Shown: piece after piece, positions 40,245 through 50,966 of the stretch
Layout of the letters: every line of letters begins with the position of its first letter
Numbering within the stretch: position 1 is the first letter of the stretch
Source: [Clostridium] aminophilum
GTDB taxonomy: Bacteria > Bacillota > Clostridia > Lachnospirales > Lachnospiraceae
Assembly (NCBI RefSeq): GCF_900101295.1
Contig: NZ_FOIL01000015.1
Coordinates: forward strand, 1-59,405
DNA length: 59,405 bases
Direction: 5' to 3'
The notes under the pieces: model-generated
What the model saw: only the letters and a program-made list of their open reading frames with translations
Told to the model about the DNA's origin: nothing
Databases searched by the model: none
Made by a program: the position numbers and the translations under genes

Positions 40245-42206
40245 ATGAAATCTCTGGAAGAGAGATATCTGTACCGTCTTGCGGAATTGTATCCGACGAT
40301 TGCGTCCGTCTCGACGGAAATCATCAATCTGAATTCGATACTGAACCTTCCGAAGGGAACCGAGAACTTCCTGACGGATGTTCACGGAGAATATGAGGCG
40401 TTCAATCATGTGCTGAAGAACGGCTCCGGATCGGTTCGGCGCAAGATCGACGACGTGTTCGGCAACACACTCAGCAAGAACGATAAACAGTCGCTGGCGA
40501 CGCTGATCTATTATCCTGCGGAGAAAATGCGCCTGATTCTTCAGAATGAGCCGAATCCGGATGACTGGTTCAAGATCACGCTCTACCGGCTGATCGCCAT
40601 CGCCAGACGATCCACCAGCAAATACACCAGAAGCAAGGTGAGAAAGGCTCTCCCGAAGGAATTTGCCTATATCATGGAAGAGCTTCTTTCCGAGCAGAGC
40701 GGCGTTATGGATAAAGAAGATTACTATGACGCGATCATTTCCACGATCATCAAGGTCAAGAGAGCGAGAGAGTTCATCATCGCGCTGAGCGAGCTGATCC
40801 AGCGTCTGGTCATCGATCATCTTCATCTTGTGGGAGATATCTATGACCGAGGCCCGGGCCCGCATATCATCATGGACAAACTGATGAACTATCACTCCGT
40901 CGACATTCAGTGGGGAAACCACGATGTGCTCTGGATGGGGGCGGCGGCCGGTCAGGTCGGATGCATCTGCAACGTCATTCGAATCTGCGCGCGTTACGGC
41001 AACATGGACATCCTTGAGGACGGCTACGGCATCAATATGCTGCCGCTGGCGACGTACGCGAATACTTATTATTCGGATGATCCGTGCAAGTGTTTTGCCC
41101 TGAAGGCGGACAATACGAATAATCCGCAGGAACATGATCTCAATCAGCGGATTCACAAGGCGGTATCCATTCTGCAGTGGAAGGCGGAGGGACAGATCAT
41201 CAAACGCCATCCGGAATTCCATATGGATGACCGGAACCTTCTTCACCGCGTGAATTTTGAGGACGGAACCATCGAGTATGAGGGCAGGAAGCTGAAAATG
41301 CTGGACTGCCGTTTTCCGACCGTGGATCCGAAGGATCCGTACGCATTTACCGATGAGGAGAAGGACATCATCGATCGTCTGGTGCATGCGTTCCGCGGCT
41401 GCGATAAACTTCAGCAGCACATGAAGTTCCTTCTGGCAAAGGGTTCCCTCTACAAGGTTTACAACGGCAATCTCCTGTATCACGGATGCGTTCCGCTGAA
41501 TCCGGACGGTTCCTTTATGGTGGTGGAGATTGCCGGACAGCGGTATAAGGGAAAAGCACTCTATGATGTGCTGGAAAATTATATCCGCAAGGGTTTTGTC
41601 GCCGGCACGAAGGAAGAGCGGGAGCTTGGCCGGGATCTGATGTGGTGGATCTGGCTGAATCCGGGATCTCCGCTGTTCGGAAAGACAAAGATGGCTACCT
41701 TTGAGCGGTATTATCTCGCGGAGAAGGACACGCACGAGGAGAAGAAGAACCCGTATTATAAGCTCTACGAGAAGGAAGAAGTGGTGGATATGATCCTGCG
41801 CGAATTCGGACTGGATCCGGCGGGAGCGCATATCATCAACGGCCATGTTCCGGTCAAGACGATGAAGGGGGAGAGTCCGATCAAGTGCGGCGGAAAGCTT
41901 CTCGTCATCGACGGCGGATTCTCCAAGGCATATCAGAAGGAGACCGGAATTGCCGGATATACACTGATCTACAATTCCTACGGACTGATCCTTGCGGCGC
42001 ACGATCCGTTTGAATCGACGGAGGCGGCGATCGCCAATGAGAGCGACATCCATTCGGACCGCCGGATCGTGGCGAGGGTGGATCACCGTCAGCGCGTGAG
42101 CGATACCGATATAGGACGGGATCTGAAGGACAAGATAAAAGATCTGGAAGAACTGCTTGCGGCATACCGGAGCGGCGCAATTCCGGAGCGGTATACAATG
42201 AAATAA
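40245..42206 (+). CDS. fbp: Fructose-1,6-bisphosphatase class 3 (Bacillus-type, Mn-dependent)
   Basis: About 650 aa with the metallophosphoesterase core (GDIYDRGP, GNHD) typical of FBPase III. An SD AAAGGGGGAAAACC precedes the ATG at 40245. The track ORF starts at 40227. Confidence 0.88.
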   Translation: MKSLEERYLYRLAELYPTIASVSTEIINLNSILNLPKGTENFLTDVHGEYEAFNHVLKNGSGSVRRKIDDVFGNTLSKNDKQSLATLIYYPAEKMRLILQNEPNPDDWFKITLYRLIAIARRSTSKYTRSKVRKALPKEFAYIMEELLSEQSGVMDKEDYYDAIISTIIKVKRAREFIIALSELIQRLVIDHLHLVGDIYDRGPGPHIIMDKLMNYHSVDIQWGNHDVLWMGAAAGQVGCICNVIRICARYGNMDILEDGYGINMLPLATYANTYYSDDPCKCFALKADNTNNPQEHDLNQRIHKAVSILQWKAEGQIIKRHPEFHMDDRNLLHRVNFEDGTIEYEGRKLKMLDCRFPTVDPKDPYAFTDEEKDIIDRLVHAFRGCDKLQQHMKFLLAKGSLYKVYNGNLLYHGCVPLNPDGSFMVVEIAGQRYKGKALYDVLENYIRKGFVAGTKEERELGRDLMWWIWLNPGSPLFGKTKMATFERYYLAEKDTHEEKKNPYYKLYEKEEVVDMILREFGLDPAGAHIINGHVPVKTMKGESPIKCGGKLLVIDGGFSKAYQKETGIAGYTLIYNSYGLILAAHDPFESTEAAIANESDIHSDRRIVARVDHRQRVSDTDIGRDLKDKIKDLEELLAAYRSGAIPERYTMK

Positions 42207-42212
42207 CAGTAA

Positions 42213-42270
42213 TAAAAAAACAGGCACATCACAGAAATCTGCGTTGTGCCTGTTTTTCGTTCTTTTTTTG
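42213..42270. terminator. Bidirectional intrinsic terminator between fbp and the convergent flavoprotein gene
   Basis: AAAAAAA-caggcaca...tgtgcctg-TTTTTCGTTCTTTTTTT. Confidence 0.8.
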
Positions 42271-42323
42271 AGACGGATGAACGAATCATCCGCCTCGAAA
42301 TCTCACAACAAACCGTTGCTCAA

Positions 42324-44285
42324 TTACTTGATGTAATCTACAGCAGCCTGGCCTGCGATACGTCCCATAACGGTGAAGTCGGATACTGCGGTTCCGCCGA
42401 GACGGTTGCCGCCGTGGATTCCGCCGGTTACCTCACCAGCAGCGAAGAGACCGGAGATGGTCTTGCTGTTGGTATCCAGAACCTCCGTGTTGGTGTTGAT
42501 TTTTACACCGCCCATGGTGTGGTGGATTCCCGGAGCAACAAGGATTGCGTAGAACGGAGCCTTGGACAGATCATTCTCGTTGGAGAAGGAAGTACGTCCG
42601 AACTCTTCGTCCTTGCGGTCTGCATAGATCTTTGCCCAGCTCTCCATGGTCTTTGTGAAGTTCTCAGCCGGAACGTTCATTGCCTTTGCGAGCTCCTCAA
42701 AGGTCTGGCCGGTGACCGCATAGCCTGCATCCACATAACCCTGATATACAGCGGAGCCGTCCATCATTGCCTGGTCAAGGATCAGCCATACAGAACCGTC
42801 TTTCTGCTCCATCTCGGCAGCAGATACCTTGTCTCTGGTGGAAACTTCATCGTAGAAACGGTTTCCGTCCTTATTTACAAGGATCGCACCGTCGCCGCGA
42901 ACGCCCTCGGTGATCAGGTGAGCATTGCCCTTTTCGTCCACGTGAACGGTCGGGTGAATCTGGATCTGATCCATATCGACAAGAGCAGCACCGGCATCCT
43001 CAGCCATCTTGATACCCTGTCCGAGAGCACCATCCGCATTGGTGGTAACAAAGCCCTTCAGGTCCGGACGATATTTCTCAACCATCTCTGCATTTGCACC
43101 GAAGCCGCCGGAAGCGAGAATAACTGCCTTTGCGTTTACGGTGATGGTGTTGCCGCTGGTTCCCTTACCCTCAACGCCGACAGCAGCGCCGTCTTTCATG
43201 AGGATCTTCTCAGCAGTGGTGTTGTAGAATACTTTTACGCCGCGGTCTTCTACGTTCTTGGTAAGGATCGGAACGATGTAAGCTCCGACTGCAGTGGTCT
43301 TGCCCTCTGCATTGACCGGACGGTGGATTCTCTTGACGGAAGCGCCGCCTGCTGCACCTACGGAGCTGAGATCAGCGCCGTGATCGTGGAGCCACTGGAT
43401 GGAATCCGCAGAGTTTTTGGTCAGAGTCATGACAAGTTCCGGATCGTTGGTGCCGTGTCCGCCGATCATGGTATCGAGAGCCATCAGCTCAGCGGTATCG
43501 AAGTAACCTTCCGGTTTTGCCTGATAAGCATCCCACTGTTCCTGAACTGTAGCAGCGAGTTTTGTGATTGCCTCGTTATCGGCAAAATCCTTCTTTGCCT
43601 TCTCGAGAGTTGCGTTTACGCCTGCCTCCTCGGTGAACTTGTTCTTAGTCTGCTCCGGAGTCGCAGCGGCATTCATACCGCCGGTAGCGCGAACAGAGTT
43701 TCCGCCGCCCATGGCCTGGGACTCAAGGATGACAACGCTCTTTCCTGCATCGGCAGCAGTGATGGCAGCAGTCATACCGGCACCGCCCATACCGATGATG
43801 GCAACGTCTGCATCAACCGTCTCATCCTGAGCCGGAGCTGCTTCGCCTGCTGCCTTGGACTGGAGATCTTCCGGCTTCATGCCTGCTGATGCGAGAGCGG
43901 CAACCGCAGCAGCCTTGATCGCATCGGAAGTGATCGTAGCGCCGGAAATGCCGTCGACCTCAACAGAGTTTGCGGAAACCATGGCACCCGGCAGTTCGTC
44001 GATCGCCTTTGTTCCGATTCCCTGTGTCTCGCCCGGGCCTTCTACTTTGACATCGGTGATAACACCGTCTTTCAGCGTTAAGCTTACCTTTACCGGGTTG
44101 CTCTCGCCGGCCATACCTGCCGCGGAGCCCTCAAATGTGCCGGAAACACCTGCTGCGGATGCTTCTGCAGCGGCAGCGGTAGTAGCTGCTGCTCCGGACT
44201 TACTGCAGCCGGTCAGAGAGGCAAACAGTAAGGTGCCGGCAGCTGCAAGTGCAAGACCGGACTTTGTCATGAAGTTCTTTCTCAT
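42324..44285 (-). CDS. Extracytoplasmic flavin reductase: a lipoprotein with an FMN-binding domain (ApbE flavinylation motif) fused to a fumarate-reductase/urocanate-reductase-family FAD domain
   Basis: Lipobox LTGC. FMN_bind domain with DGISGATITS (the [S/T]GAT covalent-FMN site). FAD Rossmann DVAIIGMGGAGMTAA. Catalytic-domain motifs HHTMGGV and GLFAAGEVTGGIHGGNRLGG. Confidence 0.85.
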   Translation of the reverse strand: MRKNFMTKSGLALAAAGTLLFASLTGCSKSGAAATTAAAAEASAAGVSGTFEGSAAGMAGESNPVKVSLTLKDGVITDVKVEGPGETQGIGTKAIDELPGAMVSANSVEVDGISGATITSDAIKAAAVAALASAGMKPEDLQSKAAGEAAPAQDETVDADVAIIGMGGAGMTAAITAADAGKSVVILESQAMGGGNSVRATGGMNAAATPEQTKNKFTEEAGVNATLEKAKKDFADNEAITKLAATVQEQWDAYQAKPEGYFDTAELMALDTMIGGHGTNDPELVMTLTKNSADSIQWLHDHGADLSSVGAAGGASVKRIHRPVNAEGKTTAVGAYIVPILTKNVEDRGVKVFYNTTAEKILMKDGAAVGVEGKGTSGNTITVNAKAVILASGGFGANAEMVEKYRPDLKGFVTTNADGALGQGIKMAEDAGAALVDMDQIQIHPTVHVDEKGNAHLITEGVRGDGAILVNKDGNRFYDEVSTRDKVSAAEMEQKDGSVWLILDQAMMDGSAVYQGYVDAGYAVTGQTFEELAKAMNVPAENFTKTMESWAKIYADRKDEEFGRTSFSNENDLSKAPFYAILVAPGIHHTMGGVKINTNTEVLDTNSKTISGLFAAGEVTGGIHGGNRLGGTAVSDFTVMGRIAGQAAVDYIK

Positions 44286-44506
44286 ACTTCCTCCTAAAAG
44301 ATTGTTGAAAATTTATCGAACTTATTATAGCAAAGGAAACTCTCATGATGGTATGAAATTTTTTCATGATTATGTGCCGGAAAAGGTGCTATTATATATA
44401 GTTGGGCATTTATTTATTCAAATGATGCAAAAAATGCGGAAGTCAGCATCGGGTTTGGCTGTTTTGTATAAAAATGCATTATACTGAATGGGTGGAGGAA
44501 ATAATT

Positions 44507-45856
44507 ATGAGATCGACAGCCAGGGACCTGACTGAAGGAAATATTCTGAAACAGATACTGATGTTTGCGCTTCCGCTGATGTTCGGCAATATTTTTCAGA
44601 TGCTGTACAATACAGTGGATTCGATTGTAGTCGGACAGTTTGTCGGCACGGAGGCGCTTGCCGCCGTCGGTTCAACGACGATGATTACCAACATGGCCGT
44701 CTTTTTCTTCAACGGATTTTCGGTGGGAGCGGGGGTTGTCATCGGACGGTATTTCGGCGCAAAAGATATGAAAAAACTTCATCTCGCCATTGAAACGACG
44801 ATGGCGTCGACCTTTCTTTTATGCGTCCTGTTTACCGTCGGCTTTATCTCAGCGGTGGATTTTATGCTGAAGTTCATGGACACGCCGGCGGACGTCTTTC
44901 ATGAGGCGGCTGTTTACCTGAGAATCTACTTCGGAGGAATCTCGGGACTTCTGATTTATAATATCGGAAGCGGCATTCTCCGTGCGGTGGGAGATACGAC
45001 CCGGCCGCTGATGTTTCTGATCCTGACGAGCGTGATGAATATCATTCTGGACCTTTTGTTTGTCATTCCGCTTCACATGGGTATCGCAGGGGTGGCGTAC
45101 GCGACCATTCTCTCCCAGTTTATCTCCGCGGCTCTGACCCTTCTTCTGCTGATCCGCACACATGACATTTACCGGCTCGTGATCCGCGATCTGACGCTTG
45201 ACCGCGCCCGTCTGAGAGAGATCTTTTCCATCGGCCTTCCCAACGGGATTCAGTCGGTGATTACGGCATTTTCCAACGTGTTTGTGCAGTCGTATATCAA
45301 TTTCTTCGGATCCATCGCCATGGCCGGATGGGGCTGCTACAATAAAATCGATCAGTTTATCATGCTGCCGATGGCCAGCGTCGCGATGGCGGCGACCACC
45401 TTTGTCAGCCAGAATGTGGGCGCAAAAAAATTCCGGAGAGCCGATGAAGGCACACGGACTTCGATTATGCTCACCCTGTCCATCACCGGCATGATCGCGC
45501 TTATGATCTGGATCTTTGCGGAGAGAACCATCAGCATGTTTACGCAGGACGAGGGCGTCATCGCCTTCGGCACGTTTGCGCTTCGGCAGAATGTGTTCTT
45601 TCTGATGTTCAACTCCGTCAATCAGGTGCTTGCGGCGGCCATGAGAGGGCGCGGTGATTCGACGGGACCGATGATGATCATGCTGATCACCTTTGTCCTG
45701 TTCCGTCAGATCTATCTGTTTGTGGTGACGAGATATATTGCCAATATCCCGTCTCTGGTGGCATTCGGTTATCCCTTCGGCTGGATTACCTGCTGCATTC
45801 TGGAGGTGCTGTATTTCTGGATCCGGCATGGAAGAAGGGGAGAGAGTGCCGAATGA
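44507..45856 (+). CDS. MATE-family efflux transporter
   Basis: 12-TM MatE architecture (FALPLMFGNIFQMLYNTVDSIVVGQFVG). An SD GGAGGAAATAATT precedes the ATG at 44507. Confidence 0.88.
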   Translation: MRSTARDLTEGNILKQILMFALPLMFGNIFQMLYNTVDSIVVGQFVGTEALAAVGSTTMITNMAVFFFNGFSVGAGVVIGRYFGAKDMKKLHLAIETTMASTFLLCVLFTVGFISAVDFMLKFMDTPADVFHEAAVYLRIYFGGISGLLIYNIGSGILRAVGDTTRPLMFLILTSVMNIILDLLFVIPLHMGIAGVAYATILSQFISAALTLLLLIRTHDIYRLVIRDLTLDRARLREIFSIGLPNGIQSVITAFSNVFVQSYINFFGSIAMAGWGCYNKIDQFIMLPMASVAMAATTFVSQNVGAKKFRRADEGTRTSIMLTLSITGMIALMIWIFAERTISMFTQDEGVIAFGTFALRQNVFFLMFNSVNQVLAAAMRGRGDSTGPMMIMLITFVLFRQIYLFVVTRYIANIPSLVAFGYPFGWITCCILEVLYFWIRHGRRGESAE

Positions 45857-45897
45857 ATTCCGGAGAATCCCGGCAGGACTGCCGGTATACTGTTTTC

Positions 45898-45955
45898 GTT
45901 TCATAGGACATTTCTCCGAAATTCCCTATGAAACAAAAACGCTCCGCGGACTTTG
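45898..45955. repeat. Second copy of the palindromic repeat element seen at 21990
   Basis: gtttcataggacatttctccgaaattccctatgaaac-aaaaa-cgctccgcggactttg. It has one mismatch to the copy at 21990-22039. ccgcggactttg is the reverse complement of caaagtccgcgg found in copy 1. Confidence 0.75.
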
Positions 45956-46089
45956 TTCTAAAAAAACGGGAGGAAAGACGTTTGCTTTCCTCCCGTTTTT
46001 CTATCCGTATTCACATATCATTTCGGCTCTCCGGCGGAAATCCGAGGGACAGCCGCCGGTTGCCGGTGAATTGCCAGGTTGCCGGTAAA

Positions 46090-46719
46090 TTACTTTGTGC
46101 CAAAGATACGGTCGCCGGCATCGCCCAGACCCGGGCAGATGTAAGCGTTCTCGTTCAGGCATCTGTCTACATGACCAACGTAGATCTGAACATCCGGATG
46201 AGCCTCGTGAAGTCTCTTCAGACCTTCCGGAGCAGCAATGATAGCCATGAACTTGATCTTCTTTCCGCCGTGGTTCTTGATCATGGTGATCGCATCGGCA
46301 GCGGAACCGCCGGTTGCAAGCATCGGATCGGTGACTACGATGGTACGCTGCTCAATCGGATTCGGCAGCTTGCAGTAATACTCGTGCGGCTCATGAGTCT
46401 CCGGATCGCGGTAAAGACCGATGTGGCCAACCTTTGCGGACGGAACGAGAGCGAGGATACCGCCGGTCATTCCGAGACCAGCGCGCAGGATCGGTACAAC
46501 CGCCAGCTTCTTGCCGGCAAGCATCGGAGTCATGCATGTCTCGATCGGAGTCTCGATCTCCTTATCTTCAACCGGAAGATCGCGGAGAGCCTCGTAGCCC
46601 ATCAGCATTGCAATTTCCTCAATCAGAGAACGGAACTCCTGTGTTCCGGTAGCCTTATCGCGAAGAAGGGAGATTTTGTGCTGCAGCAGCGGGTGATCCA
46701 GAATTGTTACGTTAGTCAT
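46090..46719 (-). CDS. upp: Uracil phosphoribosyltransferase
   Basis: 209 aa. PRPP-binding loop [13 protein letters not shown]-terminal [20 protein letters not shown] typical of Upp. Confidence 0.92.
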   Translation of the reverse strand: MTNVTILDHPLLQHKISLLRDKATGTQEFRSLIEEIAMLMGYEALRDLPVEDKEIETPIETCMTPMLAGKKLAVVPILRAGLGMTGGILALVPSAKVGHIGLYRDPETHEPHEYYCKLPNPIEQRTIVVTDPMLATGGSAADAITMIKNHGGKKIKFMAIIAAPEGLKRLHEAHPDVQIYVGHVDRCLNENAYICPGLGDAGDRIFGTK

Positions 46720-47048
46720 TGATTTACTCCTTTTTCTATATTGATCATTGGCAGTGTAAAACCGGCATCGGCCGGATAATATCCCATAACCTTACACATT
46801 ATACAATAATTCTTCGTGAAATAACAGTGGTAGGGAATCGGAACGAAAAATTTGCAATCCTTGTATTCTTTGTATAAGAATTTTGTATATAATGAGTTAT
46901 AGGCGGTTCTGTTGTCACAACAGTGAATCAAAAATTGATTTCGATCAAGAGATTTCGGGCGAAATCGTGGTATGAATAGGCAGTGTGAGATTACATGCAA
47001 GTCTTTGATGACAAAAGAACATCACAGAACACAGAAAAGGAGAAAATC

Positions 47049-47423
47049 ATGGAAATGATTTCGATTGAGCAGGAACTGCGGAATAACTCTTACCCGGGCA
47101 GAGGAATCATCCTCGGAATGACGCCGGATGGCAGACATGCGGCAGCGGCATATTTCATCATGGGCAGAAGCTCCAACAGCCGCAACCGTGTATTTGTTGA
47201 GGACGGCGAGGGACATTTTATCAGCACCTATCAGCATGACGGGAATCCGCTTCCGAGTTTTGAGGGCGAGCCGAAGCGCATCGCCGTTCCGGATGATATC
47301 GATGCCTTTGCGGAGCTTCTGTGGAAGAGTCTCAACGAGGAGAACAAAGTCTCCCTGTTTGTCCGCTATATTAACATCGAAAACGGAACTTATGAGACAC
47401 GCATTATAAATAAGAATAAATGA
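47049..47423 (+). CDS. Small PurO-like (archaeal-type IMP cyclohydrolase family) protein, short form
   Basis: The 124-aa protein carries [33 protein letters not shown], reminiscent of the N-terminal Y-x-GR-I-x-A-x-G...YRV-S-RSF-x-NR of PurO/PF07826. An SD AAAGGAG lies upstream. It sits immediately upstream of the AICARFT-only purH. Confidence 0.4.
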   Translation: MEMISIEQELRNNSYPGRGIILGMTPDGRHAAAAYFIMGRSSNSRNRVFVEDGEGHFISTYQHDGNPLPSFEGEPKRIAVPDDIDAFAELLWKSLNEENKVSLFVRYINIENGTYETRIINKNK

Positions 47424-47434
47424 GGGCACAAACG

Positions 47435-48613
47435 ATGAATGAAATTGCTTTAAAATACGGATGCAACCCGAATCAGAAACCGTCCCGCATCTTTATGGAA
47501 AATGGCGGCGATCTTCCGGTTACCGTTCTCAGCGGCAGACCGGGATATATCAATTTTCTGGATGCGCTGAACGGCTGGCAGCTGGTCAAAGAGCTGAAAG
47601 AGGCGACCGGTCTTCCGGCAGCGACATCCTTTAAACATGTTTCTCCGGCCGGCGCGGCAGTCGGACTTCCGCTCTCGGATACGCTGAAAAAGATTTACTG
47701 GGTGGATGATCAGGGCGACCTTTCTCCGCTTGCCTGTGCCTATGCACGTGCGAGAGGAGCGGACCGCATGTCTTCTTTTGGCGATTTTATCGCGCTTTCG
47801 GACCCGTGTGATGCCGCCACGGCAAAACTGATCAAGCGTGAGGTTTCGGACGGTGTCATTGCCCCGGGATATGAGCCGGAGGCGCTGGAGATCCTGAATG
47901 CGAAGAAGAACGGCAATTATAACGTGATTCAGATTGATTCTTCCTATGTCCCGGAGGCAATCGAGCGGAAGCAGGTGTTCGGCGTGACCTTTGAACAGGG
48001 ACGCCAGAATTTCCATATCGGCGAGGAACTGCTGGAAAATATCGTCACGAAGAACCATGAGATTCCGGACAGCGCAAAGACCGATATGATCATTTCCCTG
48101 ATTGTTCTGAAATACACCCAGTCCAACTCGGTGTGCTATGTGAAGGACGGACAGGCCATCGGCATCGGCGCGGGTCAGCAGTCGAGAATTCACTGCACGA
48201 GACTGGCTGGACAGAAGGCGGACAACTGGTGGAAGCGTCAGTCTCCGCAGGTGCTGGGCCTTCAGTTTGTGGACGGCATCAAGCGTGCCGACCGCGACAA
48301 TGCGATCGACCTCTACATCGGGGATGAGTACGAGGATGTGCTTGCAGACGGCGCATGGGAGAAGATCTTCAAGGTAAAGCCGGAGGTGTTCACAAAGGAA
48401 GAGCAGAGAGCATGGCTGGATCAGCTGAAGGATGTCACCCTCGGATCCGACGCGTTCTTCCCGTTCGGAGACAATATCGAGAGAGCACACAAGTCCGGCG
48501 TTCAGTATGTGGCGGAACCGGGCGGCTCGATCCGTGACGATCATGTCATCGAGACGGCGGACAAGTATGGAATGGTGATCGCGTTCACCGGAATGAGACT
48601 GTTCCATCACTGA
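47435..48613 (+). CDS. purH: Phosphoribosylaminoimidazolecarboxamide formyltransferase, AICARFT domain only (no MGS-like IMP cyclohydrolase domain)
   Basis: The protein begins directly with the AICARFT N-terminal motif YGCNPNQ and carries [11 protein letters not shown]. At 393 aa it is shorter than the roughly 510-530-aa bifunctional PurH. Confidence 0.8.
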   Translation: MNEIALKYGCNPNQKPSRIFMENGGDLPVTVLSGRPGYINFLDALNGWQLVKELKEATGLPAATSFKHVSPAGAAVGLPLSDTLKKIYWVDDQGDLSPLACAYARARGADRMSSFGDFIALSDPCDAATAKLIKREVSDGVIAPGYEPEALEILNAKKNGNYNVIQIDSSYVPEAIERKQVFGVTFEQGRQNFHIGEELLENIVTKNHEIPDSAKTDMIISLIVLKYTQSNSVCYVKDGQAIGIGAGQQSRIHCTRLAGQKADNWWKRQSPQVLGLQFVDGIKRADRDNAIDLYIGDEYEDVLADGAWEKIFKVKPEVFTKEEQRAWLDQLKDVTLGSDAFFPFGDNIERAHKSGVQYVAEPGGSIRDDHVIETADKYGMVIAFTGMRLFHH

Positions 48614-48930
48614 GCCGAGGTTATGACCGTCCGTTCTGACGGCTGACGGATCGTGACCGACGGAGAAAAAAATGAAATCAGAAGGTGCGGTTGACGGATC
48701 TCTCTAAGAGCCTGGGAGCCGGGAAGCAGACGGCGCCTTCTGTTTTTTTTCGGCAGACGGAGAAAAAGTAAGCCGCGCCGGTCGGAGGTCGGGCCCGCTC
48801 GGGGAAGCGACGATTATTCGAAGAACCGGGCACCGCCCAATACGGTACATACGTTCCTTGTCTGTGCTGTAAGAATTATTGGTTGCAATTTATACACAAT
48901 TTTAGTAAAATGTTTCTCGTGACACGAAGC

Positions 48931-49013
48931 GCCGGCGTGTCGGAATGGCAGACGAGGGAGACTCAAAATCTCTTGTTGGAAACAACGTGCGGGTTCGAGT
49001 CCCGCCGCCGGCA
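48931..49013 (+). tRNA. tRNA-Leu (anticodon CAA), type II with a long variable arm
   Basis: Acceptor stem gccggcg/cgccggc. D-arm tcggaatggcagacga. Anticodon loop cuCAAaa. Long variable stem-loop cttgttggaaacaacgtg. T-arm gcggg-ttcgagt-cccgc. Discriminator A. No encoded CCA. Confidence 0.85.
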
Positions 49014-49379
49014 TCCTTGGCAGGGGCAATACGGACCGCTCAGCTGTGAGATATTCTCATGGCTGGGCGGTTTTTCCTTATATGAGCTGTCATTACAACA
49101 GCAACTGACGTTAGCATATCAAGAAGTGCGTGATTGCAATGTCTATAGCAGTAATTTCGGCCTTTCATTAAGTGAAACGGAATTTGTTCGATTGTTCTTG
49201 AAATAGTACAAAATTTAAAATATAATACTAAAAGAAGACAGAAAACTTCACGCAGTTCACGAAGGAAATATCACCAATGAAGTTGCGTGTTCATTTTTCG
49301 GAATCACCGGGAAATGTTCCGCAGGAAAAACGCTGAATGGAGAGAATCTGCTGACTGAAATCAGGAAAGGAGCAATACC

Positions 49380-49766
49380 ATGAACATCACATCGTTTAAC
49401 CCGCTGATTATTACCGATAAGGCTGATGAAGTGATCGCGTTGTTTGAAGCACTGGGCTTTGAGAAACGTCACACAAAAACCGGTATTGACGACAAGGCCT
49501 TTACCAGCGTTCGAATGAGATACACCAATGAAGAAGGAAAGGTATTTCACGTCGATGTGACGTCGGCAGACGTTCCGCAGACGATAACATCGATCCGCAT
49601 GAATGTCAGTGACTTCGATGAAACATATGAAATGCTGAAAGCAAAGGGATTTACGAACGTGCAGGGTGACAAGATCACCGATACCGGATCTTCGGTGGCA
49701 ACCATGATGGTTTCCCCAACCGGATATACCATCTCCGTTGCCAAGCACATCAAAAAGGACGAATAA
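49380..49766 (+). CDS. VOC (glyoxalase/bleomycin-resistance fold) family protein
   Basis: 128 aa, typical VOC size, with two beta-alpha-beta-beta-beta-like halves. An SD AGGAAAGGAG lies upstream. Confidence 0.5.
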   Translation: MNITSFNPLIITDKADEVIALFEALGFEKRHTKTGIDDKAFTSVRMRYTNEEGKVFHVDVTSADVPQTITSIRMNVSDFDETYEMLKAKGFTNVQGDKITDTGSSVATMMVSPTGYTISVAKHIKKDE

Positions 49767-50165
49767 GACCACAGGATTATTGTCCGGAGGATGAACGGAA
49801 GAAGGCAGAAAAAGGAGTCTGCCGGATCCGTGTCGGAATGAAACACGCGAGGAATTGTCTCGGGCCTTCTATGATTTCAAATCATAGAAGGCCTGATTTG
49901 TGTCCGGCGCGGCAGTCAAAGCTGTGATTGGAGCTGCCGTCAGAAGCGGGGAGCTGCCGTCAGAGCCGTGGAGTTGCCGTCAGACCGGGGAGAAGTGAAA
50001 GACAAAACCGAGGTCGGAGTATCAGTCAGGGTTGTCCCGCCGCGATGGACAAATGCTCCGGAAGAAGGTAAAATAAAATCTTGCATCAGGGAAAAGCGGA
50101 TCAATGCGCTTCCTCAGAATGATGTTTGATTGATACATTCCAGACATTCGGAAAACGGAGAAACG

Positions 50166-50966
50166 ATGACAGACGAACTTTTGAACCGGAAAACCTATCG
50201 GACCGACATCGGACCGATGTGCATGTCGCTGAACGAGCACGCGCGGTATCTGGCCCTTCGCGCGGAAGAAACTCCCCGGGCCAAGGCCGCACGACTGAAG
50301 CCATATCGGCTTGTCAAAGCCGTGGTGTTCGATATGGACGGCGTGATCTTTGATTCGGAGCGTCTTGTTCTGAATAGCTGGAAAATGGTGGCGGATCGCG
50401 AAAACATCCCGGAGATTGAGGAAACTGTCCGGAAGTGTCTCGGCACGAACCGGGAAGTGTCCCGAAGAATTTTTCTCGAAGCCTATGGAGAAGACTTTCC
50501 ATATGATACACTGAAACAGGAGGCGGCCGGGATCTACCACCGGATGGCCGACGGCGGAAAGCTTCCGCTCATGCGCGGTGTGAGAGAACTCCTTGGGTTT
50601 CTGAGGGAGGAAAAGCGGAAGATTGCGCTGGCATCCTCCACCAGAGAAGAGGTGGTTGTCGCGGAACTTCGCGATGCGGGACTGCTGGAGTTCTTCGATG
50701 AGGTGGTATGCGGCGACATGCTGCAGCGCAGCAAACCGGAGCCGGATATTTATCTCATGGCCTGCGAGCGGATCGGCGTTGATCCGAAGGAGGCATATGC
50801 GGTGGAGGATTCCTATAACGGAATCCGTTCAGCGTATGCGGCCGGGATGCATCCGGTCATGGTTCCGGACATGATGCCGCCGACGGAAGAGATGGAAGAA
50901 AAAAGTGAGATTATCCTGACTTCTCTGGAAGAATTGCAGGATTATTTCCGGGTGCTGTTTGCATAA
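50166..50966 (+). CDS. HAD-superfamily hydrolase (beta-phosphoglucomutase-like subfamily IA) with an N-terminal extension
   Basis: Motif I VVFDMDGVIFDSE. Motif III/IV ...AYAVEDSYNGIRSAYAAGM. An SD GGAGAAACG precedes the ATG at 50166. Confidence 0.8.
   Translation: MTDELLNRKTYRTDIGPMCMSLNEHARYLALRAEETPRAKAARLKPYRLVKAVVFDMDGVIFDSERLVLNSWKMVADRENIPEIEETVRKCLGTNREVSRRIFLEAYGEDFPYDTLKQEAAGIYHRMADGGKLPLMRGVRELLGFLREEKRKIALASSTREEVVVAELRDAGLLEFFDEVVCGDMLQRSKPEPDIYLMACERIGVDPKEAYAVEDSYNGIRSAYAAGMHPVMVPDMMPPTEEMEEKSEIILTSLEELQDYFRVLFA

Noticed and set aside
46740-47048. ZTP (pfl) or purine riboswitch in the long purO-like/purH leader
   Set aside because: I could not find the conserved pfl 3' pseudoknot element (CCUGGGCA-type), nor a purine-aptamer three-way junction by eye. 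It is mentioned only as something to scan with Rfam.
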